Positions 51,228-64,000 are shown, counted from the first letter of the stretch. The stretch is 64,000 nt of DNA from Selaginella moellendorffii (GCF_000143415.4 NW_003314284.1:186001-250000); one strand, 5' to 3'. A program made the numbers and translations. Notes: a model not told the origin generated them from the sequence alone.

Positions 51228-51943
51228 CGATCGCCAAAAATACCCTTCCCCGAGTCCTAAAGTAGTTCCATTTCGGTCCCTTTCCGGGCGAGCACTAAAG
51301 GAGGGACAATGCAGGACAAAGCCGCAACAGGGAAAGAGATTCCGCGAGAAGAATCTCTTGCGCGGCGGCCCCGCCGCGGCCACTGTCGATCGATCCACTG
51401 CTGCGCTCGCATTGTGCGCGCCCGATCGATCGATCCCCTGATGGAAACCCTAACACGCCAATCTTGGAAGAATCGCCCTCACATCCCCTTCTCTCTCTCT
51501 CCCCCCAAAATCAAAAACCACACACCACATTGTGTGAGAGAGAAGGCTGTTATATATTTGAGGCCACAAGAAAGGAATCAGATCGGCATATCTGGCGGGG
51601 CCGTACGTTGGCCGTTTTAAAATATTTGGACCGGCCCAAGCTTGTGGGCGATTAGCGATTAAAAAAAGCTATAGTTTTTTCTTGAATGTTCCGTGCCGGT
51701 GGTGCTTTGGTTTTTTGTTTTTTATTTTTTATTTTCTCGCTCAAGAAAGGCGGCGTGCGCTATCGCATCCTCTTATCGGTAAGGGCCATCTTTCCATTAA
51801 GAACCGAAAGGTGGTGGAGCAGGAGTAAAAAAGACATCTACATTACGTGTCGCCTTTTATTGAAATCGATTGCTAAGATTCGGATATGTCAACAAATCAC
51901 ACCGCTTTTCCACGTAGAGACGATCTCGACGAAACGGGGTACC

Positions 51944-52100
51944 TTGTAGAAATCCCGGATTTTCACGTTGAAAGTAAACAAGTTCCTGGACTTTCACGTT
52001 GGAATCCTGGAAGTAGAAAGTTCCTGTACTTTCACGTTGGAATCCTGGAATTTCAAGTTGGAAGTAACAAAGTTCCTGGACTTTCGCGTTGGAAGTAACA
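51944..52100. repeat. Minisatellite (ttcctggactttcacgttggaa-type units)
   Basis: Several degenerate tandem units between the RPA49 stop and the HMA promoter. Confidence 0.75.
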
Positions 52101-52157
52101 AAGATCTTCGAACCAAAAGAGGTTCGCCCAGGAGATTACGAGTCCACTTCCAGGATT

Positions 52158-53746
52158 TCACCGTCCTCTACCTCGGCCCCGACCTCCTCCTCCTCCGCCA
52201 CTCCTGGCGTTCGCCGGGTCCTCTTGATCCAGATTCAATGGCAGCGGCATCGTCACCTTTGGTTTCACTGCCTTTGCCGCGCCTCGAAAATGCGGTGCCT
52301 CCACCTTACACCCCAGCTGCGCGTAGTGTGGCTGCAAGTCCGTCACGGTCATCTTGAGCTCCGTAGCCATGTCTTGCGCGTCGGACGTGAAGCCGTCCAG
52401 TTTCATGGCCAGCACCAGGATGTAGCTCAGGAGGTAGTCCCTGTGGAGGAGCTTGCCACTGCCGCCGGAGCCTCGCTTCTCGGTCTGCGGCGGCGCGTCT
52501 TGCAGGAACATCGAGCTGAGCTTGTCGTAGATCACTTGCGGCATGTCGAGGTTCACCTTCTCGTCGAAGAATGGATTGCGGCCGCTCACCACGCGGCCCC
52601 TCGTCGCGTGGAACATCAAGAGGAGGTAATTCAGGTAGACCATGATGAAACTCCGCTTGGCATTTCCTTCTCGATCTCCCTGTGCACAAAAGTGTCAGCC
52701 GAGCCAAAGAAAACGAAAGAAAAACTTGCTTACGTCGACGCGAAGGCGGTGTATCCGATCGAGGATAAAGTTCCAGTATTTTTCTTGCGAGCGTAGAGCC
52801 TCGAGCTCTGCCGCCTTCTTGGCCGCCTTCATGAGATCGCTCGAGTCCATGGATTGCCATTCCTCTTTTGTTATGATCTTGTTGAGAGGATAGGCATCGT
52901 CGGGAGCCTTGGCGTCGAGATTGTAAGGCGGTATTCTTCTCACCATCGCGGCATTTGCTGCTTTTTCCACCTCCTTTCTCGTCATCACAAGCCCCTCCTG
53001 TTGCACAGCGTCCTGTAAGTAGCCTTTGAATTGCTCGTCGGATCCTCCCAGCGCAGTTTCTTTCACCACAGCTCTCGACATTCTTTGCAGCTGGAGAAGA
53101 AGTTGTAAGAAAGAAAAACAAAGAAACAATAGAAACAACAGAAGACTTACCGCGTTCTTGGCCTTCTTCGTTCCAAATCTATTCACGAGCGTGTTCTTCC
53201 GATCGATCCTCATTTCTCTATCCACCTCCGTGTCATCCTGGTTGCCGTAATCCATCATGTACGAGACACCACGAACTCTAGGTTCCATTCTTAAAACCTG
53301 TGAAGGAAAAGTAGCAAAAAAAGAATGAAGATGGTCAACCATTCGCGAGATCCTGGACGAGAATGCGGTACCTTATTCGAGACAACTGGCACGATCTTGA
53401 GAGTTCCCTCCTCCTTATCGAAAACCCCGAGAGCAAACATGGTCGGATTCCAGGCACCGGCTTCACTGTTCACATTCGCTCCAACGAAATCCACATTTCC
53501 CCCCGGCGGCCGGACCACCAGCTGCATTTGCGAGTTCTTGGTGCTCGCGTAGAGCTCGGGCGGATCCGATTGATCGTCCTTGGTCGGCTGCTGCGCGCAG
53601 GGATCGAATGGCGTGGGAAAATACGCCAGAATCGGGAGCTGCGCGCCTTCCTCCCTCGCCAGCACATCCAGCGTTACCTTTTGGCGAGAGCGCTTCTTCC
53701 TCTTGGCGCTGCTGGTGCTGGGAGCAGCGCCATCGTCCTCCTCCAT
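52158..53746 (-). CDS. RPA49: RNA polymerase I subunit A49/PAF53-like protein
   Basis: LAYFP...VDFVG...FALGVFDKEEGTLKIVP, FGTKKAK, IPPYNLDA...AYPL..II, LSYILVL...AxELKM...LGC; RGG tail. Confidence 0.87.
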
Positions 53747-53753
53747 AGCTGCC

Positions 53754-53766
53754 AAACCCTAAACCC
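53754..53766. promoter_or_regulatory. Telo-box upstream of RPA49
   Basis: AAACCCTAAACCC, typical of plant ribosome-biogenesis and translation gene promoters. Confidence 0.6.
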
Positions 53767-54001
53767 AGGCAGCTAAGCTAAACGCACGCTTTTGGCTTAA
53801 TCAGAACCCTAGATGGTTGTCTAAGAAAAGGGTAGTTTTCGATAAAGAAAAGAGAAGTTTGTTCTTTAAAATCATAGATGTATCTTGCACAAAGATGGCA
53901 GAAATACATAGCTGTGAGAGAACTTGATTTCCATTTTCCAAAAAGAATTAAGCGCCACTGCAGCCTAACTCTAAGCAATGTTGCAGAAGAGTGACAAGAT
54001 T

Positions 54002-54679
54002 TTACGGCTTGATACAGAAGAGTTCTTGAAAGATCTCATAAACCTTCCTAGATCTCTTCATTATTTTCGCCCTCTCAAGCTCCAGTGTCAAATCCTTCGC
54101 TCCAGCGACCTTCTCAAGGAAGAACCCAATATGCTTGAGTTGCAAATACTTCTTCCCTTTGACATTCTTGAAAGCCGGGATCTGGATTCCATTCCTGGGT
54201 TGCAGGGAAAAGTAGTGGGGCTTGTCGTCCACAATCACCACCCGCCTCAAGTCGCGACCCAAGCGCGACAAGTCCTTGATCATCGTTTCCCCATCGCAGG
54301 ACACACACGACTCCCGGTACAGGCGGTGAGTGATCAATCCCTCCGGGTCGAGCTTGTCCAGAATCGTGTCCGCATAATACTGCTTCGACGCGGTAAACAC
54401 CACTATCTCGTAGAGCTTTGCCATGTCCCGCAGGAACTTGTCCACGCCGGGCCGCTTAGCCACCATGTAGCGCTGCACTGCCACAACTTTCCCGCTGACG
54501 AGCTTGAGCGTTGCCTTCCCCCGTCGGCTGTGGACGAGGGTGTCGTCCATGTCCAAAACCAGCGTTGGCTTGCTTGGATCCAGAGGTGGCGGTAAAAGAG
54601 ACGCAGCAAAGTCCTCCTTGAACTTGGTCTTCTCGGCCTTGAGCACAACTTCTAATGTGAAATCCCACTGTCCGCTCAT
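54002..54679 (-). CDS. NIF/FCP1-type (CTD small phosphatase-like) HAD phosphatase, intronless
   Basis: PTLVLDMDDTLVHS (DxDxT), KRPGVDKFL, YEIVVFTAS, HRLYRESC, IKDLSRLGRDLRRVVIVDD. Confidence 0.9.
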   Translation of the reverse strand: MSGQWDFTLEVVLKAEKTKFKEDFAASLLPPPLDPSKPTLVLDMDDTLVHSRRGKATLKLVSGKVVAVQRYMVAKRPGVDKFLRDMAKLYEIVVFTASKQYYADTILDKLDPEGLITHRLYRESCVSCDGETMIKDLSRLGRDLRRVVIVDDKPHYFSLQPRNGIQIPAFKNVKGKKYLQLKHIGFFLEKVAGAKDLTLELERAKIMKRSRKVYEIFQELFCIKP

Positions 54680-55154
54680 CTTCGAAAGAACGAAAGGTAA
54701 TGTTCCCCTAACCTTAAGCACACATATAAAGGCCCAACCCTTGGTATATTCCAATGCACCACCTTTTGCATTACAAAAGGCTTTTTCTTTTATGTATGTT
54801 TTACAAACTAGGATTGTTTGCGCTACATTTCTTCTCATTCTCTTTTTGTAAGTTTAAGAGCTCTCAACCTCGGCTGCTGAATTGGCTACCACCAGCAACA
54901 GCGTGCTAAATCTACACACACACCCACCAAAAAAAGATTTCGGATCGTTAGAATATGAAAAGAAGCCACACAAAAAGGCAACCAACAAGGAGAAATCAAA
55001 GCGATGGAAAACGAAAACGTGAACGTTCTGAGCCTAAACCTTTGAAAAAATAGCTCCTGAGAATCTACAAGTATGATACAAGCAGAAAAATTCTAATGCA
55101 CCGTGCAGAGAACAAAGGAAACAGGAGAAAGAACACAGATATGAAGTAGAAATC

Positions 55155-57543
55155 CTACCTTGAATTGGTGCGCTTGACGCTCACCGACACAACCCGCTGT
55201 TGGTCCTTGCTCCGGACCTGTTGGAGTTGCTGCTTCTTCCTCTTGTGCTCCTCGAGCCTCTCGATCGCTTTCTGGAATTCTACGCTCCAGGTTCCAAAAT
55301 CTTCCAGCTCCGGCAAGCTCGAGTCCACCACCAGCGGCTGCTGCTGCTGCTGCTGCTGCTGGTTCACCATCTTCATCTGCTGCTTGAGCTTGCTCATCTG
55401 TTTCTTCAACGCCAGTTTCTCTAGTTGCGCCCTCTGCCTGATCATCTCATCCACTCTCTCCTGAATCGTTGAAGCCTCAACGGTTTTTTCAACCAGAGTT
55501 TCTTTAGCCGGAGTCTCGATCTCGGACTCCATCTCGGTGTCTTCTCCGCCGGTGCTGCTAGCAGGCCTCTCTTTTCTATACGGAGAAAGAGTTGCCGCTT
55601 CTGCCAGTGCCAGTAAGTCCGACGTCCCTTCCTGCGAAGAACTAGCCTCGTTCGTAAGGCTCCCATTGCATGGCGACTTGGGCGATTTGGAGGACTTCGA
55701 TCTCGAGATTTGCGGCACTTTTTTTCGTCTGGTGAAGTGCTTGATGCCCGACTGTCGCATCTGATGTATCACCTTGAGCTTCTTCATCTCCTCCGGATTG
55801 GCCCGTCCAGTGTATTTCTTCCAGACGAGATCTCCTGGTTGAGGACGAACCTCTTTCGTCCCCACAAACTTCTTAAAGCCGAGGTCGGTTTGCGCCGGCT
55901 CTCTACTTTCAGCTTCTTTTTCATCGGATGGAACCGATGCTTCATCACAGACCTCCGGAAGTGAAGGAGACTCGATATTCTCCACGCCTAGAAAAGAAAG
56001 GTGGTTAAAACTACACAGAGCAAAAGCTATATCTTACCAACTGGATTTAAAACATCTTGATCAGTAGCATCCAAAACGGGCGAGCTCAAAGAGACAGTCT
56101 CTGGTAGAGACTCAATTTCAAGTCCTCGAGGAGGCAGGCAAAACGCAAACAAATGCCTCTTCTGTTTTTTAGAGGAGTCCCGGTACTGCTTCCAGCGCTC
56201 TGGCTGCGAAAATAAACAGAGAGAAAGTTTAGTGCAAAAAAGCAGTAGAAAACAAAAGAGAGAAGGAGCATACCTGGAAATATCTCACCAAAGATATTCC
56301 GTTCCTCCGTCTCTTCTCAATCCAATAGCCATGGATGAGCTTAATGATCTTCAGCGACGCAACGTGTAGACAAACCTCACTTGCCGCGTCGATTGACAAG
56401 AGCTCGTTCCGATCATGAGAATACTTCTCCAGCGTGTACATCATCTTCTCGAACTTCTGCTCCGAGATCTTCGTGTAACCGCCAGCCTTCCCGTTCAAGT
56501 TCGACAGCCATTCCTCGTCCTCGCAATCCATGTCGTAGAGAACCCGGGTTTCCAGATTCACCTCAGGCGTCGGAATGTATCCATTCGCAGGACGGATAAA
56601 AGCCGGCCCCCTCCACCGAGTATCCAAGTCTTTCACGACCTGGAACTTTGGAGTTGGAAGTTTTCGAGAAGCCGCAAGCATGTAGTTCTTCTGATAGCAC
56701 TTCTCGAAAACTCTCTTGAAAGCGTTGAGCTGCATGGTGTTTTTAAACTCGAGCATCCATCCCTGGTCGGCCTTCCACATGAAAGAACCCGAGAACCCGT
56801 TGGTGCTGTAGTGGAAAAACCTTCGTCTAATCTCCTGGACGAACAACGTCTCCCCTTGCAGAAGCACGCAAAGATACCAGCCCCTGTGACCACTGTGGAG
56901 CTCCACAGTAGCTCCATACTCTCTCCATCCCCGATCGAACTCTACCACAAGAACGTTGCAATTACATCCCCGGTTCTTATCCAGCAATCCCTTGTAGATA
57001 GCCTTTCCACAGCCTCTAGTGTTTGAAAAGCTCGGGCTCCTTTCGAGTTCTATCTCCTCCTGGTGACTGCTAGACCTGTCATCGCTCTCGTGTTCTTCCT
57101 CTCGTTCCTCGCTCTCACTTTCCTCGCGATACCTGTTAGTCTCTTCTTCGCCATCGACGAGACGATATCCAGGTGTTGGAATTGGCCTTTTCGGATACGT
57201 TGGCTCGCAGTGGTCGGGGAAACGATGAAGAACGTTGCTCGCTAGAACTGTTCCTCCAGCTCCAAAGAAATCCTTGCATGGCAGGAGCTGCGAAGGAATA
57301 GTTACTGGGTTGTTTCGAGAGATGGAACTAAAACTCACCGCATTGTTATCGCGAGGAGGAGGCACCAGTAATCCCTTCCCTCTCCGTGGCTCGGTTTTCC
57401 GGCGCTTGGCATCGAATACACTTCGGTGCCTCTCGTCCTGCGTGAAAAAACGAGGATAAATTTTTGCTTCTTTTTCACCACAGCGAGGAAGAACAAAAAA
57501 AAGAGCTCAATGCAGACCATACCTTTCTTTTCCTCGCCTTCAT
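55155..57543 (-). CDS. Enhancer-of-polycomb-like (EPL1 domain) chromatin protein; both ends uncertain
   Basis: CNVLVVEFDRGWRE, YDMDCEDEEWL, FEKMMYTLEK, IHGYWIEKR...LVRYFQ; probable first exon MKARKRK at 57543. Confidence 0.8.
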
Positions 57544-57967
57544 CGTCCTCCTCAGCAGCGCAACAACCCAGAGCTCATTCCCCTGGCGAAGTAATCCAAA
57601 TCACAAGAAAAAAAATATTCTATCGCTCGCGCCGCTGGAGATTCGTCACGCGCTGGACTGGAAATTCCGAGGGATTTCCACAGCGGGACGATGGAATGGA
57701 GCAGCATTCATCGCGCGGAGCTAAAGCCCTAGTCTAGGGTTCGCAGATTTTCCTCGCCAAAACCTCTCATCCAGAAATGTATACGCTCGAATTTTTTTCT
57801 TTTTTCTTTTTTCCACTATCTCTTTTTACCTCCCGGTAAAACCCGCGAGGATAAACACCCATCTACCTCTTGTTCGCAGTGCCATGCTTGCATTCACCCG
57901 CGGTAAAACGGCGGGCCCCGCCCCGAAGATATTTGCTGCAAAGAGTATTTTATGTTCCAGTTACCAG

Positions 57968-57989
57968 GGGTTTAGGGTTTAGGGTTTAG
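57968..57989. promoter_or_regulatory. Triple telo-box / telomere-like repeat in the divergent EPL1-PWI promoter
   Basis: gggtttagggtttagggtttag. Confidence 0.6.
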
Positions 57990-58125
57990 CGTGGCCGCCA
58001 GATATTTTTTCGCGATGGCTGCCTTTGGATTCGAACCCTGACCGCGCGAGTCCCGTACAGGGAAAGGTTTACCGTACGGGTTTGGTCGTTTTAACCCTAG
58101 GGGCGGAGTGAGGGCGTAAGCCGCG

Positions 58126-60351
58126 ATGTCGGGCGGCTTCTTCCGGGTGAGTGATTTCTTCGCGGCGCCTCTCTCTCTCGCCGAGCTCTCGCTCTCGCTG
58201 AGCTCTCGCTCTCGCTGTCTTCTTCACGGGGATTTTGTCAATGCAGGGCACGTCCACGGAGCAGGACACTCGATTCTCCAACAAAATGGCCAAGCTGCTT
58301 AAGACGCAGAAGTTTGCGTCGGAGCTGGACCAGCCGGTAAGCAATTGGATTCCTTGTAGCGATTAGCTGAGGCGAATTTTTTTTTTCCTTCTCGGACAGA
58401 TCGACATGTCGAAGGTGAATATGGATGTGATGCGACCGTGGATTGCGACGCGGGTCACTGAGCTTCTGGGATTCGAGGATGAAGTGCTGATTAATTTTAT
58501 TTATGGTCTTCTGGACGTCAAGGTATGGAGTTTTGGAGAACTTGTGGCTTGATTTTCATATCGTTCTTTCTTTTCAAGGTGGGTGATGGCAAGCACATTC
58601 AAATCCAGCTTACGGGGTTCATGGAGAAGAACACTGGTCGATTCATGAAAGAGCTTTGGGGACTTCTTGCCAGCGCACAGAGCAACGCGAGCGGTATTCC
58701 TCAAGCGCTGCTGGACAAGAAGGCGCTCGAGACTCAACTCAAAAAGGTAAGTAGGCGTTCAATCTGGTCTTTCTGTCTAGCAGTTCTCTTATCTTCCGGT
58801 TTGCGTTTGTCTACAGGAAAGTAGAGCAACATATCTAATCCCTTGCCGATGCAGGCTGAAGAGCAAAGGATTTTGGCGGCGGTTCGTCAAACGACGGAGC
58901 GGGAGAAGGAAAAAAACGACTCTTTGCAACAAAACAAACTTGTGAGTTCATTTCGTTCTCTGTTTGTATCCCTCGGGCGTTTTGAATGTGGTGGTAATGT
59001 ATAGGCTGTAATTGATGGTGTTGCTGGCGGAGCTCTTGTGGTTGCGTCAAAGCCAGCAGAGCCCAACCGAGATCGAAACGCGCCTGAAGCATTACCGCGA
59101 AGGCGAAGGTCCAGGTCAAGAGATCGCTCTCCTTCTCGAAGCCGTTCACGGTATGCTAGTTTTAGTTTTTTGGACTTGTGGAGTTCTCTCTCACTTCCGT
59201 AACTTGGCAGTTCTCCTGGTCACCGACGTCCTCCGAGACCTCGCAGGTCACCACCTCCAAGGCATAGGCGCTCTCCATCACCACCGCGGCGGCGGTCGCC
59301 ACCTAGAAGACGCAGGCCATCTCCAGGGAGACACCGACCGTCCCGTTCTCCATCAAGGCTCAGACACTCGCCCCTAAAAAGACGTCCTTCTCGGTCACGG
59401 TCCCCAAGGCGGCGTTCACCTCGGCGTGGACGTTCTTCTCGGTCCCGTTCGCCACTGTCGCCAAGGCACCACAGAAAGTCACGCTCTCCTCCTCCCAGAC
59501 GAAGGCATTCACCTCGCAGGCGACCGAGGTCCCCTCCTCGGCGTGGACATTCACCTCGTCGCAGGCCACCGTCGAGATCACCCGGCCGCATGCGGTCGCG
59601 TTCGCATCCACGCTCTCCCAAGCGCAGCAAGTCGCCATCATCTTCGCCCTCAAAGTCTTCACCGTCTCCGGCGCCAGAAAAATCTCCGGCTCGCGAGAAG
59701 TCTCCCGCAGGAGAAGAGAGGTTGGCATTTTAAATTTTGTTTGAAAGGTGACGAAACTTTTCTGTGAAAACACAGGAACTCCGGAAAGAGTCGGAGCAAG
59801 GGAGAGTCCGCTGAAAGGTAGAGAGAGCTTGGATGTTTAGCCTAGATCACGACTGATGGTTGTGTCGTTGCAGTATGCACGATCAGAGCAACGGCAAGAA
59901 TCAGGAAGCAGCACAAGACAAGGGCCAAGCTCTGAAGCGGAATCGTTCGCCATCACCCGAGAGAGTCCACGTCGTGGATTCGAGCACGACGGGAGAAGTG
60001 AAAAAGCCTTCTCGCCCGAGCAATGACACAGACTCCATGGAGGCGGCGAGCCCGAATCGCTCCAAGGTGGACGACGACGACACGAGCCCGCTGAGCGAGG
60101 AGAAGCGAGAGGCGAAGCGGCGGCGGAGGGAGGAGAAGCGATTGAGGAAGGAGGAGAAGCAGCGGCGGCGGGAGGAGAAGAGGAAGAGGAAGGAGGAGAA
60201 GCGATCGCTCAAGGCCGCCGCTGCTACCGCCGCCGTGAGCTCCGCGTCCGCCAGAGGCCCTGCCGAGAGTGATGTCGAGCAGAAGAAGCTCGAGGACGAT
60301 CTGCGAAAGAAGGCGCTCGAGTCGCTCAAGGCGAAGATGCAAAGCTCGTGA
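58126..60351 (+). CDS. SRRM1: PWI-domain Ser/Arg-rich splicing factor (SRm160/SRRM1-like)
   Basis: MSGGFFR/GTSTEQDTRFSNK, WIATRVTELLGFEDEVLINF, IQIQLTGFMEKNT..FMKELW, RS/RSP-rich region, LRKKALESLKAK. Confidence 0.92.
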
Positions 60352-60523
60352 GGGGTGGTCTTGTGTGAATAAGTGAGGGGTGGTTCTACCATGATATTGT
60401 GATAGGCGAAAAATCGATACTTTCATTCTAATTTAAAATTTAGGGCTCTTGCGCGCGAAGTGTGATGACGTGGCGGCATCTTTCTTAAGAGTTTCTAGGG
60501 TTTAATCCGTCGTGTGGCAAATA

Positions 60524-63018
60524 ATGGGGTCCCTGGTCCGGTCCGCCGGATTCGACCGGCTCGCGCGCAAGAAGCAGCTGGGGATTTCACGGCCGGATCA
60601 TCAGGATAGCCCAGCGCCGGCGCAGCTGTCCAGGGAATTGCGCGTGCCGCAGCTGCTGGCAATCGGTAAGATTTGGATCCGGTGGATTTCGATCTGGATT
60701 GGAGATTGCAGGGATTGGGACGACGATCGGCGCTGGCATTTTCATTCTGATTGGTACGGTGGCCAAGGAGAGGACGGGGCCGGCGCTGCCACTGTCATTC
60801 GCTATTGCCGGTGTCGCCGCGGCGCTATCGGCTTTCAGCTATGCGGAGCTCGCGAGCCGATTGCCCTCTGCTGGTAGTGCTTACCATTACGCATACACAT
60901 GCCTAGGAGAAGGGTAAGCAAAGAAGCAATGCTTCTTTGCATCTGTATCTCACTTTCTTTCTATGGACGATGAGTTTAAATTTGGAACCTTGTTTTGTAG
61001 ATTGGCATGGTTCGTCGGATGGTCTCTCATACTGGAGTATACTGTGAGCGGTGCCACGGTTGCTCGTGGAGTTAGTCCGAATCTGGTAAGACTGTGAGAG
61101 TTTTCTTTTTTGCTGACTGACAGTCCTGCTAGGCATTGTTCTTCGGAGAGGATTTGCCTTTCTGGCTAGTACGAAGGAACATTCCTGGTACCGGGATCTT
61201 GGCTGATCCGTTTGCGGGGTTCTTGATCGTCATGGTAACGATCTTGCTGTGCACGGGGATAAAGCAGGTAATTCTTCCAGTGGCGCGCTACTGACGTTGT
61301 GGTTTCGCTTTTCTAAAGAGTGCAGCGGTACAAGTCGTCATGACGGTCATTCTCGTTCTTGTGCTCTTGTTCGTGGATGTCGTGGGGTTGTGGATCGGGA
61401 TCAAAGAAGGATGGAGAGGATACGAGTTGAAAACCGGGTATGCATGTCTACGCTGAGCTTTTTTACAATCTTGTTTCATGGACCAGGTACACACCTTTTG
61501 GTGTTAGCGGCGTGCTTGGAGGTGCAGCTATGCTGTTTTTTTCGTATGTTGGATTTGATGCTGTTGCCACTACGGCCGAGGAGGTATAACTTGATTTCTG
61601 CAGTTATGAGTTTCTTTGATATTGTGAACTTTGCCAGGTTAAAAACCCACATGTTGATCTTCCAATTGGAATCGGGCTTGCTTTGCTAGTATGCGCGAGC
61701 TTGTACATGTCCGTTTCAGCTGTAGTCGTTGGCATTGTCCCTTACTTCTTACTCAACACAGATACTCCCATATCGACTGCGTTTTCGCAAAACGGACTGC
61801 CTTGGGCTACGTAAGTACATGCTCACATGTTTTTCTGGCACAAACTATTTGTACAGGTATATCGTAGCGCTTGGAGCCTTGACTGCCATGCTCACGACGC
61901 TACTGGGCTGTTCCTTGCCACAGGTTTGTGGTTAGCTTTGTTTTTCGTGATAGACTGTTGTTCCTTATATATCCAGCCCCGCATACTCATGGCAATGTCA
62001 AGAGATGGTTTGCTGCCCCAGTTCTTCAGTATTATTCACAAATCTACCTTGGTACCTGTTAATGGCGCTGTAACAACGGGGACGATAGCGGTGTTTGTTT
62101 CTGTGTTTATGGACATCAGTCAACTATCCGAAATGGTAAAGTTCTAATATCTTCGTCGCTTATAATTGTGTTGCTATAGGTGAGTGTTGGAACACTAATG
62201 GCTTTTACTTCTGTAGCACTTTGCGTGCTCATCATAAGGTACTCACCGCCTCACTCAGCGGTCCACCTTCCAGTATCCATTTCTGTAGAAACAACGAACA
62301 CTCCGCCGACCACCTCAAATGACGTGGACATCTCCAATGAGAACGAAGAACGAGAAGAGCCGGAAGAAAATGACGCACCTGAGGGTTGTTCTATCGATCT
62401 GAAAAATCCATTGCTTGACACTGAAGAAATCTATGGTAAGCTCAAATCAATCAATTCCATTTACAAAAATCTTTCTTTTGTATGTAGCGACCAAAGGTAA
62501 ACAAGGAGTGGCCGGATGGAGCATTTGTATATTTGTGCTCGGAAGTCTCATCCTCAGCCTATTCTTATCTATGGCCATTTTTCCTCGGTAAGCTTTCTTT
62601 TTTGCTTACATATGAACAAATTCGAGTGCTCGCTTCAGCTGGCTGCAAATTATTGGTGGGACGATTGGAGGTTTACTTTTCGCTGGCGGAGTAATCGTCC
62701 TCTCCATGACTAAACAAGACGAATCTCACCGAACTTTTGGAAATCCTGGAGGTACGCTACGAATTTCTAGATAGAACTAACAGCATGTGGTGTCCTTCAG
62801 GATTTCACTGCCCGCTTGTTCCTTGGCTGCCAGCCGCGTCTGTTTTTGTCAACGTCTACCTCCTCGTCAATGTGGGGTATGGGATTGAAGTTGCTATACA
62901 ATTGGAATTCTTTCTTTGTCGAGTGATCAGTGCAGCGACATGGATTCGAGTTTCAGTATGGCTTGTCTTGGGCGGCCTCGTCTACATTTTCTACGGCATT
63001 CATCACAGCATACACTAG
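60524..63018 (+). CDS. CAT: Cationic amino acid transporter (CAT2/3/4-like, APC family), multi-exon
   Basis: [53 protein letters not shown]...[25 protein letters not shown]. Confidence 0.92.
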
Positions 63019-63454
63019 AAGGAAAAGATATAATAAACGTGTGGTAAAGTTCTCTTTCTTTTTTTCAGATGGCTTAAAAATGATTGTTACAGGAACTATT
63101 GAGAGTCGAGGCTTTTTCAACTCTATTGAGGTACCATACCATTGGTTTTCGGCATCTCTTTGAGTATCTATTCACCGAGAACTGGACACAACACCAACAC
63201 GGTGCAGTTTGTCCAGAGCTTTACAAAACAACACTGAAGGTGCCATTTCTGACAGTGAAAGTTGCCAACCGAGAGAGATCTAGTTTTCATCAAGGAAGAT
63301 CACGAGCAGCTGCAACATGACTTCTTTGAGTTCGATTAATAGTAATAGCGTATATTGCGGTTTTAACCGTACTGGCACCTTTGATCTGGTTTAAATGTAT
63401 AATAAAAGCGCATATCTACTTTGCCCTAAATCAAAACAAGCAGCATGCATCTTT

Positions 63455-63981
63455 TTGGCGGGTAGATCCGTCCATTTCTACGTACAGTGGCAGACCTTGC
63501 TGACTTGGTGACCGAGATCACCAGCTATAAGTACTTCCTCACCACTGGGCCATGGCAGTCGGGTAAAAGTCGTCGCTTGTGTACGCTCTAGCTAGCGCGG
63601 CCTTGGACAAGGGATTCTTGCCCGTCGTCACCTCTATCACCCAGCCCATAGTCGCTGCTGCTGCCGCCTGCGACACCACCAAATCGGACAGGGACGCTGC
63701 CAATGAGTTCTTCGACATCTTGACGGAGGATCTGGTCGATAACAGCCGTGGAGGATTGCGTCGCTTGCCCCATGGAGGCTTGAGGGGCCTCTTGCAGACG
63801 CTCAGCTCGACTACAGATGGAAGGGAACTTATCTGGTTTATCGACGAGGCTTAAGATAAGGAGCTCTGTGTTAAACACATTACTGGCCGAGTTGAGGATA
63901 TGCAAGGAAGGGTCCGTGGCAAGGTACCTTAGCAGCTTTGTGCTGGTGGGTCGACCGCAGCTCCGCGACCTCCTGGTGTGA
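63455..63981 (+). pseudogene. Decayed intronless P-loop ATPase (AAA_35/STAND-like) fragment
   Basis: Walker A GPWQSGK(S), frameshift, SSLVYAL, Walker B LIWFIDEA, then LLAELRICK...SFVLVG in another frame. Confidence 0.55.
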
Positions 63982-64000
63982 GCCGGGCAGCTGGCAAGAA

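Noticed and set aside
63588-63905. Minus-strand 105-aa ORF
   Set aside because: No motifs; the plus strand carries Walker A and B signatures

Overview
Eukaryotic plant genomic DNA. Gene density is high, GT-AG introns are very short (about 50-80 nt), telo-boxes are present and there are four 100-N scaffold gaps. This looks like a compact non-seed-plant genome such as Selaginella (inference only). (1) 447-1493: a two-exon secreted Cys-rich protein with two PLAT/ATS3-like domains. (2) 2029-20570: a three-level nest of LTR retrotransposons. A Ty3/Gypsy element A is split in pol by non-coding element B, whose 3' LTR is split by non-coding element C with a 5-bp TSD. (3) 21.5-28 kb: a MULE/SWIM remnant, a truncated NLR and a 4-kb head-to-head hAT palindrome. 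(4) 28-53.7 kb: a tandemly duplicated block [four-domain voltage-gated Ca/Na-type channel - NLR - MAP65 - HMA Zn/Cd ATPase - RPA49]. The left copy is broken by deletions and nested inversions. The right copy has an intact 1059-aa NLR with a tandemly duplicated N-terminal helical domain, MAP65, an HMA2/4-type pump with an extra His/Cys N-terminal domain, and RPA49. (5) 54-64 kb: NIF/FCP1 phosphatase, EPL1 protein, PWI/SRRM1, cationic amino acid transporter and a decayed P-loop ATPase. The most notable items are the animal/algal-type four-domain channel gene in a plant context and the double-N-domain NLR lying tail-to-tail with it.
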